From an uncultured Chloroflexia bacterium (GTDB taxonomy: Bacteria; Chloroflexota; Dormibacteria; Aeolococcales; Aeolococcaceae), in NCBI GenBank assembly GCA_963697585.1, contig CAVOOO010000009.1, positions 599,295 through 663,294 on the forward strand: 64,000 nt of DNA, given 5' to 3'. The notes beneath the pieces were generated by a model, which was given only the letters and a program-made list of their open reading frames with translations, searched no databases and was not told the origin of the DNA. Below are positions 45,151-53,968 of the stretch, one piece after another (the stretch's first letter is position 1; each line of letters opens with the position of its first letter). Made by a program: the position numbers and the translations under genes.

Positions 45151-46516
45151 CGGCGAAGTCCCGGTAGGGCTCGGGGAGCGCGTGCTCCGGCGAGGGGGCG
45201 AAGACCGCGGCGGCCGCGGCGTCCGGGAGGCCGGCGACCCGCGGGTCGGCGGCCAGGGCCCTCACCACCGCCTTCCCCCTCCAGCCGGCGGCGGCGCCCA
45301 GCAGGCGCATCGCCACCCGCGCCTCCTCCACCTCGCCGACGCACTCCAGCGGCTTGTCCGCGTCCAACCCGAGCAGGGCCGCGAAGCCGGCCACCTGGGC
45401 GGCGTCGTCGAGCAGGTCGCAACCCATGATCGAGACAACCCTGTCCCTATCGAGGAAGGGGGCCAGGGCCAGGGCCACGAAGCGGCACTTGGGGCAGTCA
45501 CCGCACCAGCTGGGGGTGCGGCGGTCGGTGTCGAGCAGGAAGGCGCGGTTGCAGCTGACGAAGGCGCGGTGATAGGCGGGGAGCCCCGCGAAGCTCCGGG
45601 CGATGGCGAGCTCCGACCAGGGACGGAGCAGGGAGAAGTAGCCGAGGTCGGGCGCGACATGCCGGGCGACCGCGGCGGCGAAGCGGACCTCGAAGTCCCA
45701 GCTCTTGCTGTACTGGTGGTTGACGGCGACCCCATCCCAGAGCAGGTTGGGGGCCGAGGCCGAGCGTTCGTCGGCCATCACCACCCGGCCGGCGCCGTGG
45801 ACGATGGCGGCGATCACCGCGAGGCAGGAGACGATGGCGGTGACCGGGACGTGGCCGTTGATGGCGCCTTCGCGGTTCAGCTCGAGCAGCCTCGGATCAA
45901 GGGTTCGGGTCACCGACACGTGCGGCAGGCCGGCCACCACGACGGTGCGCCGGACCGCGGGGGCCGACCCCACGCTGAAGAGCAGCGGCTGCCCCACGCG
46001 GCGCACCGCCTCCAGGGTCACGATCGAGTCCTTGCCTCCCCCGACCGGTACCAGGGGCCGGTCGCCGACGCCCGCCGGCTGGGCCCGTCCGGCGTGCGGA
46101 GGGCTGGCCGGTGCGCTCGGGAACGGCGGTATCTCGCGATCCCGGAGATCGTTGACGTAGCGGCATTCGGCGAGGCCCTGGGTGTAGAGATGGTGGACGA
46201 AGCCGGCCAGGTCCGGATCGGGAAGGTCGGTCTCCACGGTGATCTCGGGCGCGAAGCACGCCTTGTAGTAGCTGACCCCGGCGACCAGGTGAAGCAGGGT
46301 GACGGCCCGCTCGAGTGCCGCGGTGCGCGCCGGGCCGAGGCCGGTGAGCCCCGCCCCCAGGTCCACCCGCTCGTGCATCTCCTCCGCGTCGAGGGCATAG
46401 GCGAGATCCACCCGTCCCGCGTCGAGATCGAGGTCCCATCCGAGGAAGCGGAAGCGGCGAACCGCGCCCGGGACGAAGGAGGGAGCCGCCGGCGAGAGCG
46501 GTTCGGGGACGGGCAT
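45137..46516 (-). CDS. murL: Probable UDP-MurNAc-L-Ala-L-Glu epimerase MurL (PP-loop-like ATPase fold)
   Basis: 459 aa with VPVGGGKDS (SGGxDS-like), CGDCPKCRF and DKPLECVGE. Overlaps the murD-like start by 14 nt. The assignment rests on gene pairing and my recollection of the MurD2/MurL system. Confidence 0.55.
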   Translation of the reverse strand: MPVPEPLSPAAPSFVPGAVRRFRFLGWDLDLDAGRVDLAYALDAEEMHERVDLGAGLTGLGPARTAALERAVTLLHLVAGVSYYKACFAPEITVETDLPDPDLAGFVHHLYTQGLAECRYVNDLRDREIPPFPSAPASPPHAGRAQPAGVGDRPLVPVGGGKDSIVTLEAVRRVGQPLLFSVGSAPAVRRTVVVAGLPHVSVTRTLDPRLLELNREGAINGHVPVTAIVSCLAVIAAIVHGAGRVVMADERSASAPNLLWDGVAVNHQYSKSWDFEVRFAAAVARHVAPDLGYFSLLRPWSELAIARSFAGLPAYHRAFVSCNRAFLLDTDRRTPSWCGDCPKCRFVALALAPFLDRDRVVSIMGCDLLDDAAQVAGFAALLGLDADKPLECVGEVEEARVAMRLLGAAAGWRGKAVVRALAADPRVAGLPDAAAAAVFAPSPEHALPEPYRDFADALE

Positions 46517-46539
46517 CGGCTCAGTATGCGAGCCGCCGA

Positions 46540-47697
46540 TCAGGTCGCGGCCCAGGTCGTGCGGGCGTTACCCGCCAGGGCGACCCGACCGCTGGTCCCG
46601 GCGATCCCCGCGTGCGGGGTCACCAGCCAGTCGTTGACCCGGGCGTTCAACCCCGGGGCGTTGATCACGGAGACGTGACCCTGCGGGTAGCTCCAGAGCT
46701 CGGCGCCCCAGGCCTCCGCCAGCGCAGCCATGGGGGCGTCGCCGACCACCCCGTCGAGGGTGGGCCGGACGACCGCGATCCGTTCCCCGGGGGTGACCGG
46801 GTGCCGGAAGGTGCGGGCGACGACGGGGGCGAGCGCCGCCCCCACCACCAGCCGGGCGGCCGCCCGGTCGGCACCCCACACCCCCCCGCTCTCCCCATCC
46901 AGGCCCAGCGCCCGGCGGGTGCGGTCGGGAAGGTGCTCGATGATCGTGGCGGCCGGGTCGCAGAACGGGGCGAGCGCGACCACCGCGTCGAGCTCCAGGT
47001 GGGCCGCGAGCAGAACCGCGATCAATCCGCCCAGCGACGTGCCGCAGACCTCCACCCGGTCGCTGACCTCGCGACGGGCCCAGGCGAGCACGGCGGCGCA
47101 GTCCTCCACCGACTGGCGGACGATCTCGCGCGTCCACGAGAGGTCCGTCTGGATGAACCCCTCTCCGCTCCGGCGGCCGGGGGCGTGGCGGCGCAGGTGG
47201 AGGGGCAGGTCGATCCGGGCGGCCTGGGCGCCGCCCGCCACCAGGGCGCGGCAGCGCCGCTCCTCGTACCAGGGCCCCGGGGCCAGGAGACCGTGGACGA
47301 CGAGGACGAAGGGGAGGTCACGACGTCCGGGCCGGAGGTGCGCGGTGGCCACCAGCTGACGGCTCCCGGGGTCGCCGCCGGGCCCCTGGCTGGGGCCGGT
47401 GAGAGTGCGCACCTCCACCCCGCCTCGGCGCCGGTGCTGGACCGGCCCGGCCGTGATCGGCGCGGGGTCATGGAGGCGACTCGCCGCCCAGAAAGCGGTG
47501 GGATCGGCGGGCGTCCAGCTCTCGGGCAGCGGCAGCTCGATGGGGAGACGCGCCAGCTGCCAGCGCACCCCGGCGTCCATCGCCCGGGCGACCATCGCGC
47601 TGACCCGATCGAGCACGCCCACACCTCGCCGCGGGGAGGTTCTCGTCGCCGCAACGACCTCCTCCCCCCTCAGCGTACCCCCGGCCGCTGGCGCCAC
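46540..47697 (-). CDS. Alpha/beta-fold hydrolase
   Basis: Nucleophile elbow GTSLGG, preceded by VLVVHGL. Start uncertain. Confidence 0.7.
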   Translation of the reverse strand: MAPAAGGTLRGEEVVAATRTSPRRGVGVLDRVSAMVARAMDAGVRWQLARLPIELPLPESWTPADPTAFWAASRLHDPAPITAGPVQHRRRGGVEVRTLTGPSQGPGGDPGSRQLVATAHLRPGRRDLPFVLVVHGLLAPGPWYEERRCRALVAGGAQAARIDLPLHLRRHAPGRRSGEGFIQTDLSWTREIVRQSVEDCAAVLAWARREVSDRVEVCGTSLGGLIAVLLAAHLELDAVVALAPFCDPAATIIEHLPDRTRRALGLDGESGGVWGADRAAARLVVGAALAPVVARTFRHPVTPGERIAVVRPTLDGVVGDAPMAALAEAWGAELWSYPQGHVSVINAPGLNARVNDWLVTPHAGIAGTSGRVALAGNARTTWAAT

Positions 47698-47835
47698 ACG
47701 TCAAGCGGGCGGGCTGCCGAGACGCCGGAAGGCTGTGCTGAGGAATACCGGCCGCCACCTTCGCCATCGTCGCTCTGCCGAAGGCTCGACATCGTGCCGA
47801 TCGGCGTCGCCGTGGTGGAATCGCGCTCGCGGCCC

Positions 47836-47920
47836 TGCCGGGCCCGGGGATCGAACCCGGACGGGGCGTCGCCCCCGCGGTGTTTAGGACCGCTGCGTCT
47901 ACCGATTCCGCCAACCCGGC
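47836..47920 (-). tRNA. tRNA-Leu (anticodon UAA), type II with long variable arm; no encoded CCA; C at position 33
   Basis: Hand fold: acceptor GCCGGGU/GCCCGGC, D arm GCG..CGC, anticodon stem GCGGU/ACCGC with loop CCUAAAC, variable stem GGGGC/GCCCC, T arm CCGGG-UUCGAUC-CCCGG, discriminator A. Confidence 0.85.
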
Positions 47921-47931
47921 GCGGGCATCTC

Positions 47932-47937
47932 AGTCTA
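47932..47937 (-). promoter_or_regulatory. Candidate -10 box TAGACT upstream of tRNA-Leu
   Basis: The minus strand reads GGGGCTAGACTGAGATGCCCGC followed by the tRNA 5' end at 47920. Confidence 0.3.
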
Positions 47938-47948
47938 GCCCCAGGTCC

Positions 47949-47954
47949 TATACT
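47949..47954 (+). promoter_or_regulatory. Candidate -10 box TATACT 8 nt upstream of ATG 47963 (near-leaderless)
   Basis: TCCTATACTGCGGACGGATG read directly. Confidence 0.35.
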
Positions 47955-47962
47955 GCGGACGG

Positions 47963-48529
47963 ATGTTCGCCAGGTGGTCCTCCGAGGCCAGCTACCGACG
48001 CAGCCAGCGGGCCACCGGGGTGCCGGTCCACCCGACGCCGATCGCGCGGGGCCTCACCCTCCGGGTGCTGGACGTGGGTGACGACGCCACCGAGCGCCAG
48101 CGCGTGGCTCAGCATCTGATCGACGAGCTGAGCCGGGAGGCGGGTCTCCCCCCCTGCCAGGTGGTGGTCCCCGATCGGCCCCAGGTCCACCGCCACGACG
48201 GCCGCCGCCTCCAGTCCAAGACCTACGGCTACTACACCTACCGCGTCGACGCGCAGGGTGGTGTGGCGTGGGCGCGCATCCGCATCTATCACCGCACCGC
48301 CGTCCAGCAGCGGGTGATCTCGCCCAAGGTCTTCCTCAACACCCTGCTCCACGAATGGCTCCACCACTACGACTTCCACGGCCTGCGGCTGCCGCGCTCG
48401 TATCACACCGCCGGGTTCTTCGCCCGGCTGCGGGGGCTGGCGGACGCATTGGAGGTGGGGTTCGTCATGCCGCCCGATCCCGACGTGAGCCCGGTGCGAC
48501 CGGAGGATGACCCCGCGCCGGTCGGATAG
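47963..48529 (+). CDS. HExxH-motif protein (SprT-like/DUF45-like putative zinc metallopeptidase fold)
   Basis: 188 aa. The only recognisable motif is NTLLHEWLHHYDF (HExxH), preceded by a basic and aromatic beta-rich region. Confidence 0.55.
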   Translation: MFARWSSEASYRRSQRATGVPVHPTPIARGLTLRVLDVGDDATERQRVAQHLIDELSREAGLPPCQVVVPDRPQVHRHDGRRLQSKTYGYYTYRVDAQGGVAWARIRIYHRTAVQQRVISPKVFLNTLLHEWLHHYDFHGLRLPRSYHTAGFFARLRGLADALEVGFVMPPDPDVSPVRPEDDPAPVG

Positions 48530-48614
48530 CCCTGCCCGACGGCCCGGCTCCGCCCCTCTCCACAACGCCGGCGAGACGCTTCGAACGTGCCAGTGCTCAT
48601 CTGACGAATAAGCC

Positions 48615-48644
48615 ATGACAAAAAGTGCAGTGAAGCGCTATCCT
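48615..48644 (+). promoter_or_regulatory. Sigma-70-like promoter: ATGACA - 18 nt - TATCCT
   Basis: Located in an unusually AT-rich intergenic patch. It is followed by a GGAGG SD (about 48720) and ATG 48731. Confidence 0.4.
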
Positions 48645-48730
48645 CCACGCGTCCCGCGGACCCACCAGGAGGGCATCCGCCTTCGACGAGTCCGAGGACG
48701 CCGTGCCCGGCGTGGGCGAGGGAGGAGATC

Positions 48731-49465
48731 ATGCGAGGCGAAGATGCCGCCTCCAGATCGAGGCGCAGGTGGATGGGAGGCGGGGGTGTGGTCCTCGCCG
48801 CCGCGGGATTGGCACTGCTCCTGGGCGCGGCTCAGGCGACGGCCGCCACTCTGACCGATCCGACGATCACGGGGATCACAGCCCAGTGCGTCTCGGAAGA
48901 TGGGTATTACGTCGCCGGAACCCTGACGGTGGTCTATCCCGACAGTGGCGGGCCCTGGTACGACGCCAACGTACAACTTGAGGTGTTCGCGCATTCGACT
49001 GCGGACAATGGCTGGGTTTCGACCGACGCCACCTGGGGGCAGGATCAGTACCTGCCCACCACCGGAAGCACGATCACTCAGCTGTACTACACGTCTCAGC
49101 TTTACAACCAGTACACCTATCTGCCCACGTACGACGAACTCGAGGTGCAGGTGACGAGTGCCATCGACTACATCCAAGGGACGGATGTGACCAGCCCGGA
49201 GTTCACGTGCGGTGGGCCTGCGGCCACCCCCACCCCCACGCCGACTCCGACGCCCACACCCACCCCGACACCGACACCAACGGCAGTAGCTCCGGCGACC
49301 AGCACGCCGACCCCGACCGGTCACGTCGCGGCAGCGACCACGCCGGGCACGGGGGCCGGGGCTTCGTCGGGCCCGGCAGAGTTGGCCGGGATGGCGCTGC
49401 TCCTCGCAGCCGGTGTCCTGATCGTGGCCAGCCTGATGCCGGCGCGCCGTCGCAACGACATCTGA
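48731..49465 (+). CDS. Secreted/cell-surface protein: signal peptide, Tyr/Thr/Gln-rich domain, (PT)n linker, C-terminal TM anchor with basic tail
   Basis: Signal VVLAAAGLALLLGAAQATAAT, PT repeat ATPTPTPTPTPTPTPTPTPT, C-terminus GPAELAGMALLLAAGVLIVASLMPARRRNDI. The domain-coding DNA is visibly lower in GC than its surroundings. Confidence 0.75.
   Translation: MRGEDAASRSRRRWMGGGGVVLAAAGLALLLGAAQATAATLTDPTITGITAQCVSEDGYYVAGTLTVVYPDSGGPWYDANVQLEVFAHSTADNGWVSTDATWGQDQYLPTTGSTITQLYYTSQLYNQYTYLPTYDELEVQVTSAIDYIQGTDVTSPEFTCGGPAATPTPTPTPTPTPTPTPTPTAVAPATSTPTPTGHVAAATTPGTGAGASSGPAELAGMALLLAAGVLIVASLMPARRRNDI
49223..49282 (+). repeat. Coding (Pro-Thr)n microrepeat
   Basis: gcc acc ccc acc ccc acg ccg act ccg acg ccc aca ccc acc ccg aca ccg aca cca acg. 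Confidence 0.9.
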
Positions 49466-49528
49466 GGCTGTGAACCCACGGGCCGGAGGGGGCCTCTCCC
49501 TCCGGCCCGCCGCGGGCTCGAGACCCGG

Positions 49529-50909
49529 CTAGCCGACCCAGATCGTCTTGATGTTGACGAACTCGCGAATCCCGAAGGCGTGCAGCTCGCGGCCGTAGCC
49601 GCTGCGCTTGACCCCGCCGAAGGGGAGGCGGGAATCCGAGTGGGTCATCCCGTTGACGAAGACGCCTCCGGTGTCCAGGCTGCGGGCGAACCGCACCCCA
49701 CGCTCCACGTCCGCCGTCCAGACGTTGCCGCCCAGCCCGAAGGCGGAGTGGTTGGCGAGGTCGCGAGCGTCATCCTCGCCGGCGAACTCGCGTCACCGAC
49801 GCCAACGGACCGAAGGTCTCCTCGTCGAAGACGGGCATGCCCGGCGTGCACCCGGCCAGAACGGTGGGCTCGAAGAACCATCCCTTGCGGTCGAGGCGCC
49901 GTCCGCCGGTGAGCAGGCGCGCCCCCGCATCCAGCGATTGCCGGAGCTGGCGCTCCAGATCCTCGCGCAGGTCGTCGCGGGCCAGCGGTCCCATCTGGGT
50001 GGCGGGCTCGGTGGGATCGCCCACGCGGAGCCGCCGGGCCTCGGCGACGAAGGCCTCCTCGAAACTGCCAGCGACCTTCTCCACCACGATGAACCGCTTG
50101 GCGGCGATGCAGCTCTGCCCGCAGTTCTGGAAGCGCGCCCGGACGCCGACCCTGGCGGCGGCCTCGACGTCGGCATCCTCCAGGACCACGAAGGCATCCG
50201 AGCCGCCCAGCTCCAGCACCGACTTCTTGAGGGTACGACCGGCCGCGGCGGCGGCCTGGCCGCCGGCGTCGTCGCTGCCGGTGAGGGTGATGGCGGCGAT
50301 CCGCGGGTCCTCGACGACCGGTGGCACGCGGCGTCCCGGGATCACCAGGGTGCGAAAGACCGAGTCCGGGAAGCCGGCCTCGCGGAAGACGGATTCAATG
50401 GCCAGAGCGCAGCCGGTCGTGTTGCTGGCGTGCTTGAGAACCCCGGTGTTGCCCGCCATCAGGGCGGGTGCGGCGAAGCGGGTCACCTGCCAGAACGGGA
50501 AGTTCCAGGGCATGATCGCGAGCACGGTACCCAGCGGCTCGAAGGTGATGAAGCTCCGGGAGCCGTCCGAGGGCGCCTCCTGGTCGGCCAGGTACTCCTC
50601 CGCGTGGTCGGCGAAGTGGTCGAAGCTGGTGGCGCACTTCTCGACCTCGGCCCGGGCCTCGGCGAGCGCCTTGCCCATCTCGGCGGTGATCAGGCCGGCG
50701 AGCTCGTCGGCGCGGCGGCGGAGCACCGCGGCGGCGGCGTGCATCAGCTCGGCGCGGCGCCGGATGGGCACCGCGCGCCAGGCGGGGGAGCTGCCCCGGA
50801 CCGCGTCCAGCACAGCGCCGACCTCGGCCTCGGGCATCACCGGATAGCGGTGGATCTCGGCCTCGGTGGCGGGGTTGACGGTGACGATCTCGTCGACGGT
50901 GACGGTCAT
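49529..50909 (-). pseudogene. gabD: NAD(P)-dependent (succinate-semi)aldehyde dehydrogenase, apparent +1 indel near 49790
   Basis: PWNFPFWQV, LKHASNTTG, VLELGGSDAF, FQNCGQSCIAAKR and [11 protein letters not shown] are in the frame of ORF 49770..50909. [25 protein letters not shown]...[31 protein letters not shown] continues in the next frame to TAG at 49529-31. Length is 1381 nt (3n+1). Confidence 0.85.
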
Positions 50910-50992
50910 CAGGATCTCCTAGCAGCCGGGAGTGGGCTGGGCGTCGGCGCGCCAGGCGGGCGGAGCGGTCGGGAGGCTCGCGGGGTCTGGGG

Positions 50993-52585
50993 TCACGACG
51001 GGACCGGCGGGGGAACAGCGGCCACCTCCGGCGGCACCGATTCTGGCACCAGCCCGGGGGTCGAGCGGTTGAGCACCTTGCCCTGGAAGAAGGGCGGGCG
51101 GGCGATCCACCACGCCACCATGATGACGACACCGACCACCACCGAGACCAGGGCGATCAGGAAGACGCCACCGATCACCCAGCGCGGCCCGAAGGGCAGG
51201 GTCCATGAGGTGTAGCTGACCCCACTGGCGAAGTTGAAATCGGATCCGATGCTCCAGACCAGGGCGAAGTACAGCATCAGGCCGCCGAGCAGGGGGATGA
51301 GGCCGCGCATCAGGAAGTTGCGCGCGCTGCTCAGCAGCGTCCTGCGGTAGTACCAGGCGCAGGTGAAGCCGGTGAGGCCGTAGTAGAAGGCGATCCAGAC
51401 GCCGATGGCGGTGACCGCGTCGGCGATCACCAGCCCGTTGGAGAGGTAGTTCATCACGACGTACACGACGCCCGAGACGCCCCCCATCACCAGGGTCGCG
51501 ACGCTCGGGGTGAAGTAGCGCGGGTGCATGCGGGCGAAGGAGTCGGGGAGCGCCTTGTGGACGGCCATGGAGAGCATGGTCCGGGCGGTGGGCAGGATGG
51601 TGGTCTGGGCCGAGGCGGCCGCCGACGAGAGGACCATCAGGAGGAGGAGGTGGAAGAAGAGCTGGCCGAACCACGAGGTGCCGAACACCGCGGTGCCCAG
51701 GACTGAGATGACGTCACCCACGTTGTTGGGGTTGGCCAGCCCGGTTCCGGTGGTCCCGACCCCGGCGAAGGACTGGGCTCCCAGGGTGACCACGAAGTAC
51801 ATCACCAGCAGCAGGACGGTCGAGATGATCGCCGCCCGCCCCGGGTTGCGGGTTCGGTCCGCGGTCTCCTCGTTGATCGAGACCGACGTGTCCCAGCCCC
51901 AGTAGATGAAGAGCATGAGCAGGAGCCCGCTGATCAGGCTCGAGAAGGAGACCGAGGCGGGGTTGAACCAGTTGATGGTCGGAGTGAGGTGTCCGGCGGG
52001 GGCGTTGCCGGTGAGCACCCGGACCAGCGCCACCAGCCCGAAGACCATGAGGATGACGACCTCGACCGAGAGCAGCACCCGCTGCAGCCGGGCCGAGATC
52101 TCGATGCCGCGATAGCAGACCCAGGTCATCGCGGCGAGGAAGACCAGGCCGAGGGCCAGGACCCAGCCCCCGGTGGCGTCGTTGGCGATGCTGTCGGCGT
52201 TGAAGAGGTGGAAGGTGTAGACCGACGCCACCTGGGAGAGGCTGGCCATGACCAGGATGTCCGAGGCCAGGATCCCCCAGCCTCCCAGCCAGCCGGTCCT
52301 GGGACCGAAGGCCCGGGTTGCCCAGGTGAAGGTGGTGCCGCAGTCGGGATCGGCCTTGTTCAGCTCGCTGTAGCCGATCGAGATGAAGAGCATGGGAACG
52401 AAGGCGATCAGCACCACCAGCGGCGAGATCAGGCCACAGAAGGCGGCGATGGCACCCAGGGTGGCCGCGAGGCTGTAGGCCGGGGCCGTGGAGGCGACCC
52501 CGATGACGATGCTGGAGACCAGCGAGAGCGCCCCAGGTTTCAGCCCCTTGTCCACCTGGGTCTCGGTGACGACGGCCGCTGTCAT
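50993..52585 (-). CDS. APC-superfamily amino acid/polyamine permease
   Basis: 530 aa, about 12-13 TM. The N-terminal pattern LSLVSSIVIGVASTAPAYSLA...GYSELN is typical of the APC family. Confidence 0.85.
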   Translation of the reverse strand: MTAAVVTETQVDKGLKPGALSLVSSIVIGVASTAPAYSLAATLGAIAAFCGLISPLVVLIAFVPMLFISIGYSELNKADPDCGTTFTWATRAFGPRTGWLGGWGILASDILVMASLSQVASVYTFHLFNADSIANDATGGWVLALGLVFLAAMTWVCYRGIEISARLQRVLLSVEVVILMVFGLVALVRVLTGNAPAGHLTPTINWFNPASVSFSSLISGLLLMLFIYWGWDTSVSINEETADRTRNPGRAAIISTVLLLVMYFVVTLGAQSFAGVGTTGTGLANPNNVGDVISVLGTAVFGTSWFGQLFFHLLLLMVLSSAAASAQTTILPTARTMLSMAVHKALPDSFARMHPRYFTPSVATLVMGGVSGVVYVVMNYLSNGLVIADAVTAIGVWIAFYYGLTGFTCAWYYRRTLLSSARNFLMRGLIPLLGGLMLYFALVWSIGSDFNFASGVSYTSWTLPFGPRWVIGGVFLIALVSVVVGVVIMVAWWIARPPFFQGKVLNRSTPGLVPESVPPEVAAVPPPVPS

Positions 52586-52635
52586 GGAAGTCTCCTTGAT
52601 CTTCAGTCCGCAGCCGGCTCTCCCTGGATGGGCTC

Positions 52636-53954
52636 CTACGCCATGGTCACCGCCCTCTCGAGGATCCCGAGCCCCTCATCGAGCAGCTCGTCCGAGATGA
52701 CCAGGGGGGGAGGAGGCGGATCACGTTTCCGTAGGTCCCGGCGCCGAGGACCACCAGCCCGTCCTGGTGGCACCGGCGCAGGACCCGACCCGCGATCTCG
52801 CGATCCGGGGCGATGCCGTCTCCGCCCACGAACTCGATCCCCACCATCGCCCCCCTGCCCCGCACATTGCCGATCGCCGGGACGCCGGCGGCGAGCCGGC
52901 GAAGCCGCCGGATCATGGTCTCGCCGATGGTGCGGGCTCGGGCCAGCAGCCCCTCGGACTCGATGGTGCGGATCGCCGCCAGCGCGGCGGCGCAGGCCAG
53001 GGGATTGCCGCCGAACGTCCCGCCCAGGCCACCGCTGTGCACCGCGTCCATGATCTCGGCGCGGCCGGTGATCCCGCCGATGGGCAGCCCCCCCCCGAGG
53101 CTCTTGGCGGTGGTGACCAGGTCGGGCACCACCCCCTCGTGCTCGCAGGCGAACCAGGCGCCGGTGCGCCCGAAACCGGTCTGCACCTCGTCGGCGATGA
53201 GCAGGATGCCCCGCCCCCGGCACCAGTCGGCGAGGCCGGCGAGCCACCCCGGCTCGGGCACCACCACGCCCCCCTCGCCGGCGATCGGCTCCACCAGCAC
53301 GGCGGCGATGCTCTCGGCCCCGACGGTGGTCTCGAGCATCGTGATGGTGTCGCCCAGCCGGCCGGTCTCGCGGAAGGGGTCGGAGTAGGGGGCACGGTGG
53401 ATCTCAGGGACGAACGGCCCGAACCCCTGCTTGTAGGGATGGACCTTGCCGGTCAGGGTCAGGGCGAGCAGGGTGCGGCCGTGGAAGCCATGGTCGAAGG
53501 CGACGATCCCGGGCCGGCCGGTCGCGTAGCGGGCCACCTTGACCGCGTTCTCCACCGCCTCGGCCCCCGAGTTGACCAGGAAGGAGCGCTTCTCGTGACT
53601 CCCCGGGGTCAGCTCGTTGAGCCGCTCGCAGACCTCGACGTAGCTCGCGTACGGGGTCACCTGGAAGCAGGTGTGGGTGAAGAGGGCCGCCTGCTCCTGG
53701 ATGGCGGCGACCACCAGCGGGGCGCTGTTGCCGACGTTGGTGGTGGAGATCCCGGAGCCGAAATCGATCAGGCGGTTGCCGTCGACGTCCTCCAGGAAAC
53801 CGGGGCCGGCGCGGGTGATGAACACCGGCAGGGTGGTGCCGACCCCGCTCGGGATGGCCCGCTGCCGCCGCGCCATCAGCTCCAGCGACCGCGGGCCGGG
53901 GATCTCGGTGACCAGGTGCCGGCTCGGGGAGACGCCATCGGGAATGACTGCCAT
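52636..53954 (-). pseudogene. gabT: 4-aminobutyrate/omega-aminotransferase (class III), apparent -1 indel in a G7/C7 homopolymer (52704-52710)
   Basis: FVNSGAEAVENAVK, FHGRT, LIADEVQTGFGRTG, TTAKSLGGGLP, GTFGGNP and GNVIRLLPP come first. The expected LVISDELLDEGLGILERAVTMA is in the adjacent frame (tail of ORF 52636..53247). Length is 1319 nt (3n-1). Confidence 0.88.
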
Positions 53955-53968
53955 GGCCGTACCTCAGC

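Noticed and set aside
49223-49282. Short periodic repeats (here and at about 35320-35370 and 12560-12680) considered as possible CRISPR or tandem-repeat loci
   Set aside because: They are in-frame Pro-Thr/Pro-Ser linker codons inside secreted or lipoprotein genes. There is no repeat-spacer architecture and no cas genes.
48615-49324. ORFs 48615..48854 (+) and 48638..49324 (-) around the surface-protein gene
   Set aside because: The first lies over the predicted promoter and 5' UTR and runs out of frame into the real gene. The second is antisense. Both give Arg/Gly-rich nonsense.
47698-49465. Genomic island integrated at tRNA-Leu
   Set aside because: There is no integrase or recombinase and no direct repeat of the tRNA 3' end that I could find. 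The lower-GC genes lie on the 5' side of the tRNA rather than the usual 3' integration side. Only the compositional anomaly is retained as a finding.
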